From Raja brachyura (Eukaryota): 64,000 bases of DNA. This document shows positions 1-12,390 of this stretch, one piece after another. The translations under genes and the position numbers were made by a program. The stretch's first letter is position 1. Every line of letters begins with the position of its first letter. The notes under the pieces are model-generated. The model ran no database searches and was not told the DNA's origin. It saw nothing but the letters and a program-made list of their open reading frames with translations. Location of the stretch: positions 3,596,001 through 3,660,000 of the forward strand of contig OY740827.1 in the NCBI GenBank assembly GCA_963514005.1. Direction: 5' to 3'.

Positions 1-52
1 CAGCATTTTGTGTCTAACCTTATCTAATCTTCTTCATCTTACAAGAGGAGAG

Positions 53-420
53 TGTGGGAGAGAGGGTGTGTGTGCATGTGAATGTGTGTGTGTGTGTGTG
101 CATGTTAATTTGTGTGTGTAAGTGTGCGTGTGAATGTGTGAGTGTGCATGTGAATGTGTGTGAGTGTGCATGTGAATGTGTGTGTGTGTGTGCATGTGAA
201 TGTGTGTGTGTGCTTGTTAATTTGTGTGTGCGTGTTAATGTGTGTGTGGATGTGTGTAAGAGTGCATGTGAATGTGTGTGTGAGTGTGCATGCTAATGTG
301 TATGAGTGTGCGTGTTAATGTGTGTGTGTTAATGCGTGTGTATGAGTGTGCGTGTTAATGTGTGTGTGTGAGTGTTAATGCGTGTGTATGTGTGTGCGTG
401 TTAATGTGTATAAGTGTGCG
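53..420. repeat. Compound (GT)n microsatellite (paralog 44796-45122)
   Basis: Direct inspection; explains the spurious V/C-rich ORFs. Confidence 0.95.
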
Positions 421-1005
421 AGATACAGCGGGAAACAGGGCCTTCGGCCCACCGAGTCCGCACCGACCACCAATCACCCGTTCACACGCTTGCTCTGTTT
501 AGTTTAGAGATACAGCGATGAAACAGGCCCTTCTGTCCACCCAGTCTGCACCACCACCGATCACGCATTCACATTATTTTTATCTTTAGTTTAGAGAGAC
601 AGCGCGGAAACAGGCCCTTCGACCCACCGTGTCCACGCCGATCATCGATCACCCGTTCACATGATTTATACTTTAGTTTCGAGATACAGCACGGAAAAAG
701 GACATGCAGCCCACCGTGCCCACCGACCATCGACCACCCGTTCACACAATAGTTATTTGTTTAGTTAGAGAGACAGCGCGGAAACAGAACATTCGGCCCA
801 TCGTGTCCACGCCGACCATCGATCACCCGTTCACACGATTTCTATGTTGTTTAGACAGACAGCGCGGTAAAAGGACCTGCGGCCCACCAAGTCCGTGTCG
901 AGCACGATCACCCCTCACATCAACACCCCTACACACACTGGGGACAATTTACAATTATACAAAGCTGATTAACCAACAAACCTGTACATCTTTGGATTGT
1001 TGGAG
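421..1005 (-). repeat. Head-to-tail array of SINE/LINE 3' tail units (agatacagcgcggaaacaggcccttcggcccacc...cacccgttcacac)
   Basis: About 6 degenerate units. Same motif arrayed at 21095-21450, 21915-22260 and 45120-45830, and forming the tails of complete SINEs. Confidence 0.75.
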
Positions 1006-1661
1006 GAAATGAGAATGAGAGGACATGGGTTTAAAGTGAGGGGGGGAATATTTAATAGGGACCTGAGGGGTAATTTTTTCACACGATGGATGTGGGTGTA
1101 TGGAACGAGTTGCCAGAGGAGGTAGCTAAGCCAGGTACTATCACAACGTTTAAGAAACATTTAGACAGGTGCATGGATAGGACAGGGGTGTAGGGGTTTA
1201 GAGAGATATGGAAGATGGACACAAAATGCTGGAGTAACTCAGCGGAACAGGCAGCCTCTCTGGAGAGAACAAATGGGTGACATTTTGGATAGGGGCCAAA
1301 CAAAGGCAGGTGAGACTAGTGTAGATGGGACATGTTAGCCGGTGTGGGCTAGTTGGGCCGAGGGCCTGTTTCCATGCTGTAAGACTCTATGACTCTGAGT
1401 TTCTCCAGCACTTTGTGTTTTGTACCTGTATCCAAAGCAGTGTCTCATCAGCGAAGGACAGATGAGCTTGTCAGCGGACCATTGATTTGATTAGTGTAGG
1501 AAGGAACTGCAGATCCTGGAGGGATATGGATCACATGCAGGCAGAGGCCTGGATACAGTGGTTGTGCAGAGGATGTTTCCACCAGTGGGAGAGTCTAGGA
1601 CCAGAGGTCACAGTCTCGGATTTAAAGGATGTTTCTTTAGGAAGAGGATGACTTTTTTTCA

Positions 1662-2140
1662 TCAACAGCAAAGCGACATCGAGACGCAGTTAGCAGCAGA
1701 ATGCAACAAGAGATGCAACAAGAACTGAATTGAATAAATCTCATCTTTAACGTTCAAATTGTTGTTGTATTTTAAGAGTTATTCACATTTTAAGCATTAA
1801 TATATTCATTTTCCGCTTGCCATGCCCGTCAGCTGTGTCTGTGCAGTAATGCCTGTGTACTCTACGTCACAATGGGAACCCATCGGGCGGGAATAGTTGT
1901 GCCGCCGAAGAGCAGCTAAGAATGGATGGGAGGGTGGAGTGAGTGCATGGGGAGGGTGGGTGTGGGGGTGGAAGCGCAAGGGATGGAGTGGTGGGGGGTG
2001 AGGGGGTATCAGGAGGGTCAGAAGAGGAACCCATCAGCTGTGCCTGCGCAGTTGGGGGCTATGGGTGAGTGGTGGAATATTGCGTTGGAGACCAGGCCTC
2101 CCGTGTCAGAAAGGGACCCAACGGGTCCCACCTAGGCTAG
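1662..2140 (+). mobile_element. Putative non-autonomous Helitron (paralog 46539-47023)
   Basis: 3' end is a hairpin gggaccc-aac-gggtccc (2113-2129) followed 7 nt later by CTAG|T. A candidate A|TC 5' end lies at 1661/1662, but the 5' boundary is uncertain. Confidence 0.55.
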
Positions 2141-2384
2141 TCGTTTTATATGTTTATATCAGGTCTCCCCTCAGCCTTTGAACTGGGTGATGAATCTGTG
2201 GAATTCATTGCCACAGATGACGGTGGAGGCCAAGTCAGTGGATATATTTAAGGCAGAGATAGATAGATTCTTGATTAGTACGGGTGTCAGAGGTTATAGA
2301 AACATAGAAATTAGGTGCAGGAGTAGGCCATTCGGCCCTTCGAGCCTGCACCGCAATTCAATATGATCATGGCTGATCATCCAA

Positions 2385-5189
2385 CTCAGTATCCCGTACC
2401 TGCCTTCTCTCCATACCCTCTGATCCCCTTAGCCACAAGGGCCACATCTAACTCCCTCTTAAATATAGCCAATGAACTGGCCTCAACTACCCTATGTGGC
2501 AGAGAGTTCCAGACCCACCACTCTCTGTGTGAAAAAAGTCCTTCTCATCTCGGTCTTAAAGGATTTCCCCCTTATCCTTAAGCTGTGACCCCTTGTCATG
2601 GACCTCCCCAACATCGGGAACAATCTTCCTGCATCTAGCCTGTCCAACCCCTTAAGAATTTTGTAAGTTTCTATAAGATCGCCTCTCAATCTCCTAAATT
2701 CTAGAGAGTATAAACAAAGTCTATCCAGTCTTTGTTCATAAGACAGTCCTGACATCCCAGGAATCAGTCTGGTGAACCTTCTCTACACTCCCTCTATAGC
2801 AATAATGTCGTTCCTCAGATTTGGAGACCAGAACTGTACGCAATACTCCAGTTGAGGTCTCACCAAGACCCTATACAACTGATGTAGAACCTCCCTGCTC
2901 CTATACTCAAATCCTTTTGCTATGAAACCTAACATAACATTCGCTTTCTTCACTGCCTGCTGCACCTGCATGCCTACTTTCAATGACTGGTGTACCATGA
3001 CACCCAGGTCGTGCTGCATCTCCCCTTTTCCTAATCAGCCTCCATTTAGATAATAGTCTGTTTTCCTATTTTTGCCACCAAAGTGGATAACCTCACATTT
3101 ATCCACATTATACTGCATCTGCCAATCATTTGCCCACTCACCCAGCCTATCCAAGTCACCTGGCAGTCTCCTAGCATCCTCCTCACAGCTAACACTGCCC
3201 CCCAGCTTAGTGTCATCCGCAAACTTGGAGATATTGCCCTCAATTCCCTCATCCAGATCATTAATGCATATTGTAAATAGCTGGGGTCCCAGCACTGAGC
3301 CTTGCGGTCCCCCACTAGTCACTGCCTGCCATTGTGAAAACGACCCGTTTACTCCTACTCTTTGCTTCCTCTTTGCCAGCCAGTTCTCTATCCACATCAA
3401 TACTGAACCCCCAATGCCGTATGCTTTAAGTTTATATACTAATCTTTTATGTGGGACCTTGTCGAAAGCCTTCTGGAAGTCCAGATACACCACATCCACT
3501 GGTTCTCCCCTATCCACGCTACTAGTTACATCCTCGAAAAATTCCACAAGATTCGTCAGACATGATTTACCTTTCGTAAATCCATGCTGACTTTGTCCAA
3601 TGATTTCACCACTTTCCAAACGTGCTGCTATCCCATCTTTAATAACTGACTCTAGCAGTTTCCCCACTACCGATGTTAGACTAACTGGTCTGTAATTCCC
3701 CGTTTTCTCTCTCCCCCCTTCTTAAAAAGAGGGGTTACATTTGCTACCCGCCAATCCTCAGGAACTACTCCAGAATCTAAAGAGTCTTGAAAGATTATCA
3801 CTAATGCATCCACTATTTCCGGAGCTACTTCCTTAAGTACTCTGGGATGCAGCCTATCTGGCCCTGGGGATTTATCGGCCTTTAATCCATTCAAGTTACC
3901 CAACACCACTTCCCGACTAACCTGGATTTCACTCAAGTCCTCCTTTGACCTGCGGTCCCCTGCTATTTCCGGCAGATTATTTATGTCTTCCTTAGTGAAG
4001 ACGGAACCAAAGTAGTTATTCAATTGGTCCGCCATATCCTTGTTCCCCATGATCAACTCACCTGTTTCTGACTGCAAGGGACCTACATTTGTTTTAACTA
4101 ATCTCTTTCTCTTCACATATCTATAAAAACCTTTGCAGTCAGTTTTTATGTTCCCTGCCAGTTTTCTTTAATAATCAATTTTTCCTTTCCTAATCAAGCC
4201 CTTTGTCCTCCTCTGCTGGTCTCTGAATTTCTCCCAGTCCTCTGGTATGCTGCTTTTTCTGGCTACTTTGTACGCATCATCCTTTGCTTTGATACTACCC
4301 CTGATTTCCCTTGTTATCCACGGATGCACTACCTTCCCTGATCTATTCTTTTGCCAAACTGGGATGAACACTTTTTGTAGTTCATCCATGCAGTCTTTAA
4401 ATGTCTTCCATTGTGTATCCACCGTCAACCCTTTTAGAATTGATTGCCAGTCAATCTTGGCCAATTCACGTCTCATACTCTGAAAGTTACCTTTCCTTAA
4501 GTTCAGAACCATTGTTTCTGAATTAACAATGTCACTCTCCATCCTAATGAAGAACTTGACCATATTATGGCCACTCTTGCCCTAGGGGGCACACACAATA
4601 AGACTACTAACTAACCCTTCTCATTACTCAATACCCAGTCTAAAATAGCTTGCTCTCTCATTGGTTCCTCTACATGTTGATTTAGATAACTATCCCGCAT
4701 ACTTTCCAAAAAATCCTCTTCCTCAGCGCCCCTGCCAATTTGATTCACCCAATCTATATGTAGATTGAAGTCACCCATTATAACTGTTTTGCCTTTGTCG
4801 CACGCATTTCTAATTTCCTGTTGGATACCATCCCCAACTTCACTACTACTGTTAGGTGGCCTGTACACAACTCCCACTAGCGTTTTCTGCCCCTTAGTGT
4901 TTCGCAGCTCTACCCATACCGATTCCACATGCTCCAAGCTAATGTCCTTCCTTTCCATTGCGTTAATCTCCTCTCTAACCAGCAACGCTACCCCACCTCC
5001 TTTTCCTTTCTCTCTATCCCTCCTGAATATTGAATATCCATGGATGTTCAGCTCCCAGCCTTGGTCACCCTGGAGCCATGTCTCCGTGATCCCAACTATA
5101 TCATACTCATTAATAGCTATCTGCACGTTCAACTCATCCACCTTATTACGAATACTCCTTGCATTGAGACACAAAGCCTCAGTACCCAT
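2385..5189 (-). pseudogene. CR1 ORF2 (AP endonuclease + reverse transcriptase), disrupted by stops and frameshifts
   Basis: Fragments 4611-5189 (CLNARS..GITETWL..YRPPNS..MGDFN), 4168-4563, 3676-4116, 3035-3667 (YLDFQKAFDKVPH..FADDTK), 2783-3019, 2492-2755. Confidence 0.92.
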
Positions 5190-5201
5190 CCCCCTGCCAC
5201 A

Positions 5202-6155
5202 TTAGTTTATATCCTCCCCGACAGCACTAGCAAACACTCCCCCAAGGACATTTGTTCCATTCCAGCCCAGGTGCAGACCGTCCTGTTTGTACTGGTCCCA
5301 CCTCCCCCAGAAATGGTTCCAGTGCCCTAAAAATTTGAATCCCTCCCCCTTGCACCATTTTTCAAGCCACGTATTCATCTGCAATATCCTCCTATTTCTA
5401 CTCTGACTGGCCCGTGGTACTGGTAATAATCCAGAGATTATTACCTTTGAGGTCCTATAATTACCTTTAAATTTATCTCCTAGCTCCCTCAATTCACCTT
5501 GTAGGACCTCATCCCTTTTTTTACCTATATCGTTGGTGCCAATACGCACCACGACAACTGGCTGTTCACCCTCCCCCTCCAGAATGTTCTGCAGCCATTC
5601 AGTGACATCCCTGACCTTTGCACCCGGGAGGCAACATACCATCCTGGAGTCTCGTTTGCGGCCGCAGAAACGCCTATCTATTCCCCTGACAATTGAATCC
5701 CCTATTACTATTGCTCTTCCCCACTTTTTTCCCCCATCATGTGCTGCAGAGCCACCCATGGTGCCATGAACTTGGCTGCTGCTGCATTCCCCTGATGAGC
5801 CATCTCCCCCAACAGTATCCAAAATGGTAAACCTGTTTAGCAAGGAGATGACCGCAGGGGACTCCTGCACTATCTGCCTACTGCTTTGCTGGCTATTGGC
5901 CACCCGCTCCCTTTCTGTCCTCTTACCTTTTACCTGTGGCGTGACCAATTCGCTGTATGTGTTATCCACGACTTTCTCTGCATCGTGGATGCTCCAGTAT
6001 GAATCCAGCCGCAGCTCCAATCGTTCAATGCGGTCTGCCAGGAGCTGCAGCTGGACATACTTCCTGCAAATGTAGTCACCAGGGACACCGACAATATCCC
6101 TGATCTCCCACATGTTGCAGGCTGAGCAAACCATGGGGCCAATCTCCACTGACAT
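5202..6155 (-). CDS. CR1 ORF1 protein (Cys-rich/leucine-zipper N-terminus + SGNH esterase domain), open frame of 317 aa
   Basis: CSAC..C and LADRIERLELRL, followed by the esterase motifs IVIGDSIVRG, GTNDI and DGLHL typical of CR1 ORF1. Confidence 0.88.
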   Translation of the reverse strand: MSVEIGPMVCSACNMWEIRDIVGVPGDYICRKYVQLQLLADRIERLELRLDSYWSIHDAEKVVDNTYSELVTPQVKGKRTERERVANSQQSSRQIVQESPAVISLLNRFTILDTVGGDGSSGECSSSQVHGTMGGSAAHDGGKKWGRAIVIGDSIVRGIDRRFCGRKRDSRMVCCLPGAKVRDVTEWLQNILEGEGEQPVVVVRIGTNDIGKKRDEVLQGELRELGDKFKGNYRTSKVIISGLLPVPRASQSRNRRILQMNTWLEKWCKGEGFKFLGHWNHFWGRWDQYKQDGLHLGWNGTNVLGGVFASAVGEDIN

Positions 6156-6478
6156 CTTACTCCCAAATTACTCTGTATTAAATATATATATATTTTTTAA
6201 TTTAAATTTATTTTTTATTAAACACAAAACCTTATCCTTTCAACTTTACTAATAAATACTGAATCCCTAACTCCCAGAATCCTTAACTCCCAGAATTCTT
6301 AACTCCCAGAATCCTTAGCTCCCAGAATCCATAAACCTGAAGGCAGAAATCTAAAAATGTAAAAATGTAAACCCCGGGTTGCAGCCAATCAGCTGCTTCC
6401 TCTGGCCCTCTTCAACCAATCAGAGGCTTCCCCAGATTCCCCTCTCTGGAAGTGAGATGGAACGTTGCAGCTGTTGGT

Positions 6479-7015
6479 CTCACAGCGCAGGTAGCTCCAC
6501 CCTCTCTGACCAACGGCTCCCTGGGCCTCTGTGAAAAGCAAGCCCCGCGCTAGATTTATACTCACAGCGCAGGTAGCTCCACCCTCTCTGACCAACGGCT
6601 CCCCGGGCCTCTGTGAAAAGCAAGCCTCGCGCTAGATTTATACTCGCAGCTCAGGTAGCTCCACCCTCTCTGACCAACGGCTCCCCGGGCCTCTGTGAAA
6701 AGCAAGCCCCACGCTAGATTTATACTCACAGCTCAGGTAGCTCCACCCTCTCTCTCCAACGGCTCCCCGGGCCTCTGTGAAAAGCAAGCCTCGCGCTAGA
6801 TTTATACTCACAGTGCAGGTAACTCCACCCTCTCTCACCAACGGCTCCCCGGGCCTCTGTGAAAAGCAAGCCCCGCGCTAGATTTATACTCACAGCGCAG
6901 GTAACTCCACCCTCTCTCACCAACGGCTCCCCGGGCCTCTGTGAAAAGCAAGCCCCGCGCTAGATTTATACTCACAGCGCAGGTAACTCCACCCTCTCTC
7001 ACCAACGGCTCCCCA
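6479..7015 (-). repeat. ~6.5 tandem 82-bp monomers in the LINE 5' UTR
   Basis: Period of exactly 82 nt (6560, 6642, 6724, 6806, 6888, 6970). Units read gtgagTATAAAtctagc on the minus strand. Confidence 0.93.
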
Positions 7016-7056
7016 GGGAAGGTTATGGGGAGAAGGCAGGAGAATGGGGTTAGGAG

Positions 7057-7522
7057 TGTGAGAAAAGGGGTTAACAGACATGGTTGATTTAAACTAGAAA
7101 TAGAAAAAAATGTAGCTTAGAAAGGTTTCAACAAAGCCAGACTGTTAGTGGGATAGAAAGTAACGACAGATAGAGAGAACTTTGAGATAGAACAGAGCAC
7201 AGAGAGAACTTTGAGATAAAAAGTAGCAAACAGATAGAAACTTCAGTATAAGCCTTTGACGTCAGGAGATGTTCCGAGACGTTCCTGGACTTTCTCGTGG
7301 GAATGTGGGCTTTATGTTATAATTAAAAAGAGGCAAAATGGTGACAAAAGAGGGTGTGGATATAATGTAATGAAATGTATAAAGATAGAATACATCCCGA
7401 CCCTCGGTGTGCCTCTAGGGGACAACAAAGCAGAGGCACCTATTCTGCAAAATATCATTTTAATAAAAGCTTCTTTGCTGACTTTGTCTCAAACAGCGTT
7501 TGTGATTTTTTTATATCTCACA
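7057..7522 (+). mobile_element. Solo LTR (466 bp; ERV- or Gypsy-type)
   Basis: TGTGAGA...TCTCACA terminal inverted repeats, 4-bp TSD GGAG/GGAT, TATAAA near 7378, AATAAA 7462-7467, internal direct repeats. Absent at the paralogous site (~47210). Confidence 0.8.
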
Positions 7523-7679
7523 GGATGCAGAGATAAATCATCCATGATTGAATGGGCCGAATGGCCTAATTCTGACTTGATGGGCTGAATGGCCTAATTC
7601 TGCTCCTGTCACCTATGACCTTATGAACTCCATGGAAAACAATCCAAATCTTTCCAACCTCTTCTTTAGTTTCAATTAG

Positions 7680-7972
7680 TTTAGAGATACAGCGCGGAAA
7701 TGGGCACTTCGGCCCACCTTGTCCACTCCGACCAGTGATCCCCGCACACGAACACTATCCCACACACACGAGGGACAATTGGCAAATAGAACAAGTCAAT
7801 TCTCCTACAAACCTGTACGATTTGAGTGTGGCAGGAAACCGGAGCACCTGGCGAAAACCCACGCAGGTCATGAGGTGAATTTTCAAACTCCCAAGAGACA
7901 AGTACTTGTAGTCAGGATCGAACCCGGCTCTCTGGTGCTGTGAGGCAGCAACTCTACCGTTGAACCACTGTG
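7680..7972 (-). mobile_element. tRNA-derived SINE (paralog ~47365-47656)
   Basis: Reverse complement begins ggcacagtggttcaacggtagag (A box) ...gggttcgatcc (B box) and ends in the shared tail. Confidence 0.8.
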
Positions 7973-8748
7973 CCCCCCTTAAAACTCCTTATTGCTAATG
8001 CTCTCTAATCCAGGCAGCATTCTGCACCCTGGCCACATCCTTCCTGTAATGTGGTGGCCAGAACTGCACACAATGCTTCAAATAACTTTATTTAATCTTC
8101 CACATCTTAGAAGTGGAGAGATGAAATATAGGAAAGATGTTGTCAAGCAGGAAAGGGGACAGAGAAGATTTACGAGGATGTGGCCAGGACTTGAGGCCCT
8201 GAGCTTTAGGGAGAGGTTGAGCAGGCTGGGACTCTATTCCTTGGAGCGCTGGAGGATGAGGGGTGATCTTACAGAGGTGTATAAAATCAAGAGAGGAATA
8301 GATCGGGTAGTCGCACCGAGTGTCTTGCACAGAGTAGGTGAATCGAGAACCAGAGGACTTTAGTTCAAGGTGAAGGGTAAAAGATTAAATAGGAATCTAG
8401 GGGGTGACTTTTTCATACAAAGGGTAGTTGTTGTTTGGAATGAGCTGCCAGAGGAGGTATTTGAGGCAGCGTTTAAGAAACAGACAGGTACATGGATAGG
8501 ACAGGTTTGGAGGGATAAGGGCCAAACGTGGGCAGGTGGGACTAATGTAGCTGGGACATGTAGACCTTTGAAAGCAAGTTGAGCCAAAGTACCTGTTTCC
8601 ACGTTGCATAACTCTAAGACTCTATGGCTCAATGAGAAGGCAGGAGAATGGGGTTAGGAGGGAGAGATAGATTAGCCATGACCTTATGACTCCTATCACT
8701 TATGACCTTATGACAATTTGAGGGACATGACAGTGTGTGTCTACTCAC

Positions 8749-9030
8749 ATTCGACAGTGAGGGTCACATCCCTCTCTGCCGTCCCGTGTTCATTCTCCGC
8801 CACACACTGATAGACCCCAGCATCCTGCCGTGTCAGCTGAGGGAACTCCATCCACAGCTCGTTGCTGGAACGTGTTGTGTTCAGCGTGACACCGAGATGT
8901 CTCCACGTCAGGTTAGACGCTGGGAAACTCTGGACGGAGCAGAGGATCGCTGCAGAGTTTCCTTCCTTTACATTGACCCGGGAACTGTTCGCGCCATTGT
9001 GGGAAGTGATTGAGAGATTCCGCGGAGCAT
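8749..9030 (-). CDS. Siglec-like gene A, Ig domain 4 exon (C2/I-set)
   Basis: tttag|AT...T|gtgagt, 282 nt, phase 1-1; YAPRNLSIT..ILCSVQSFPASNLTW..DAGVYQCVAENEHG. Confidence 0.9.
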
Positions 9031-9925
9031 CTAAATACAAACAAAGGTTTCAACGTGTTCACACGGCAGAATTCCACGTGCCAACCAAGACAATACGGAG
9101 AGAAAAGATGAAGTACAGATGTGACCAGTCTGCAGAAGGGTCTCACCCATTCCTTCTCTCCAGAAATGCTGCCTCACCCGCTGAGTATCTCCAGCTCTTT
9201 GTGTCTACCCTTGGTTTAAACCAGCACCTGCAGTTCCTTCCTCCATATTTTGTCTGCTCCACTGCAAAATCTCCTCAAGATATGTCTACTTTGAAAAGGT
9301 TCTCCTCTTTCCGACGAGAGTTGGAGTCATAGGGTGAGAGTGTGGAGACGGGCCCTTCGGCCTAATTTTCCCACACCGGCCAACATGTCCCAGATATACT
9401 AGTGCCACCCATATCCCTCCAAATCTGTCCTATCCATGTACCAAGGCCAGTGTGCCAAAAGCCTTTTTGACCACCCGATCTTCCTGCGACTCGATCTTCA
9501 AGGAACCTTGCAGCTGCACTCCTAGACCCCACTGCTCTTCATCAGTCCCCAGAGGCCTACCATTAACTGTGTAGGTCCTGCTCTTGTTAGAGCACCCAAA
9601 ATTCAACATCTCACACTTCTCGGTATTAAACTCCACCAACCATTCCTCAGCTCCTCTATCCAATCGATCAAGATCCTGCTGCAATCTTTCACAACAATGC
9701 AGTTCTGCCTCATCCTCTCTCCCTGCTCCCCCTCTGTGATGCCTCCTGTTCTCTGACCTTACATTCATTGTTCTTTATCTCTCGACATCATCATCTGTAT
9801 CCATTGTTTACCGTATCCCTAACCAGTCTGAAGAAGGGCCTCGACCCGAAACGTCGCCCGTTCCTTCTCTCCAGAGACGCTGCCTGTCCTGCTGAGTTAG
9901 TTCAGCTTTGTTGTGTCTATCTTCA

Positions 9926-12390
9926 GTACGAATGTAAGCTGGCCAATAATGTAAAAGAGGACAGCAAGAGTTTCAATGGACATATAATGAGTAAAAAAAG
10001 AGGCAAGACGGGATGTTGGGCCGCGGGAGAATGATGCAGGAGAAATCATGAAATGGAAGAGGAATTGAATAATGTTTTTGCATCAGTACTCACCGTGGAG
10101 GACACCAGCAGTGTGCCTGCAATCCTAGAGAGCCAGGGGTGGAAGTTAGTGGAGTGACGATTACTAAGGAGAGGGTGCTGGGAAAACTGAAAGGTCTGAG
10201 AGTGGATAAGTCACCTGGACTGGATGGACTGCACCACAGGGTTCTGAAGGAGATGGCCTCGGAGATTGTGGAGGCATTAGTTGTGATATTTCAGGAATCA
10301 CTAGAGTTAGGAGTGGTTCATGAAGATTGGAAATTTGCGAATATCGTCCCGCTGTACAAGAAAAGAGTGAAGCAGAAGAGCGGAAACTATGGGACGGTTA
10401 GCCTGCTACGATGGTTGGTAAGATTTTTAGTCAATTGTAAAGGAAGAGGTTACGCAGTACTTAGATGTTCACGAGAAAATGGGCCGAAGTCAGCATGGTT
10501 TTGTGATCTTGCCTGATGAATCTGTTGTAGTTCTTTGTGGAAGTTAATACCAGAACAGACAGAGGTGTGGCTGTGGATTAAAGAAAGCAGTGAAGAAGGC
10601 AAATGGCATGTTGGCCTTCATAGCGAGAGGATTTGAGAAAAGGAGCAAGGTGGTGCTATTGCAGTTGTACAGGGCCCTGGTGAGACCGCACCTGGAGTAT
10701 TGTGTGCCGTTTTGGTCACCTAAGTTGAGGAAGGACATTCTTGCTATTGTGGGATGGCATCGTAGGTACACGAGGTTAATTCCCAGGATGGTGGGACTGA
10801 CATATGATGAAATAATGGATCGACTGGGCTTGTATTCCCTGGAATTTAGGATGAGAGAGGATCTTAAAGAAGCATATACAATTCTCAAGGGTTTGGACAG
10901 GCTAGATGCAGGAAAAATGTTCCTGATGTTGGGGGAGTCCAGAACCAGCGCTCACTGTTTAACAATAAGGGGTAGGCCATTTAGGGGACTGAGATGAGGA
11001 AATACTTATTTACCCAGAGAGTTGTGAATCTGTGGAAATCTCTGCCACACAAGGCAGCGGAGGCCAATTCACTGGATGTTTTCAAGAGAGAGATAGGTAT
11101 AGCTCTTCGGGGTAACGGAATCAAGGGAAATGGGGGGAAAGCAGGAATAGGGTACTGATTTTGGATGATCAACCATGATCATTTTGAATGGCGGTGCTGG
11201 TTGGAAGGGCCGAATGGCCTACTCCTGCACCTATTTTCTACGATTCTTTACATAGACTTTCAGAATGTCTTGAATAAGGTGCCGCACGTCAGGCTGCTGG
11301 GCAAGATGAGAACCCATGGTATTAAAGGGAAGATACTAGCATGGATAGTGGATCGGCTGGATTTGCAATAAAGATTTGCAATAAAATTAGCATTTTCATG
11401 CTGCCAGCGATTAGTGAAGTTCCTCAAGGGTCGGTGCTGGGGCCGTTTCTCTTCATGTTGTATATTAATGATTTGGATAAGGGGATTGAAGGCGTTGTGG
11501 CCAGGTTTGCAGATGATACTGAGGTAGGAAGCGTAGAGAGAGCAAGGACTCTGCTGAAGGACTTGGACAGGTTGGGAGAGTGGGCAGAGAAGTAGCGGAT
11601 GAAATTCATTATTGCAAAGTGTTGAGTCATGCATTTTGGTATTAAGAGTAAAGGCGTAGAGTATTTTCTAAATGGAGAGAGAATCCAGAAATCGGAGATG
11701 CAAAGGGACTTGGGAGTGCTGGTGCAGGAATCCCAAAAAGTTAATTTGCAATTTGAATGGGCAGTAAGGAAGGCAAATTCAATGCTAGCGTTTATATCAA
11801 GAGTGCTAGAATACACAAACAGGGATGTAATGCTGAGGCCCCAGAAGGTGCTGGTCAGGCCGCATTTGGAATATTGTGAGCAAATTTGGGCCCCATATCT
11901 GAGGAAGGATGTGCTGGCTCTGGAGAGGGTCCAGAGGAGGTTTACAAGAATTATTCCAGGAATGAGTGGGATAGCGTATGATGAGCGCTTGACAGCACTG
12001 GACCTGTACTCGCTGGAATTTAGATGGTGGGGGGTCATTGAAATTTACAGAATAATTAAAGGCACGTGGATGTTGAAAGGTTGTTTCAACTTGTGGGAGA
12101 GTCTAGCACCATAGCTTCTGAAATAAATGCCCCTCTTTTAGAAATTAGGTGAGAAGGAGCTTCTTTAGTCAGAGGGCAGTTAATCTGTGGAACTCATTGC
12201 CACAGAGGGCTGTGGAGGCCAAGTTATTGGATATTTTTAAGGCAGAGATAAACAAGTTCTTGATTAGAACAATTGTCAAGGGTTATGGGGAGAATGCAGG
12301 GAAATGGCATTAGGAGGCAGAGAGCCATGATTGCATTGCGGAGTAGACTCGATGGACCGAATGGCCAAATTCTATTCCTATAACCTGTGA
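9926..12390 (+). mobile_element. Two older, internally deleted CR1 LINE fragments (paralog ~49620-52075)
   Basis: ORF2 pieces DKSPGLDGLH, LVRPHLEYC, PQGSVLGP, FADDT, with CR1 3' UTRs; shared by both duplicated units. Confidence 0.85.

Larger units (their letters stand above)
2298..7019 (-). mobile_element. Full-length CR1-clade LINE (~4.7 kb), inserted after the duplication
   Basis: Esterase ORF1 plus APE/RT ORF2 (FADD, PQGSVLGP-like motifs), (ATGTTTCT)n tail, 7-bp TSD AGGTTAT (2291-2297 / 7020-7026). Empty site in the paralog at ~47174-47180. Confidence 0.95.

Noticed and set aside
3072-3590. Plus-strand ORFs conserved between CR1 copies (3072-3590, 30301-30819, 4765-5205)
   Set aside because: Antisense shadows of LINE ORF2.
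6479-7015. CRISPR-like appearance of regular repeats (also 421-1005, 52169-52560)
   Set aside because: Units are contiguous without unique spacers, there are no cas genes, and the context is eukaryotic.
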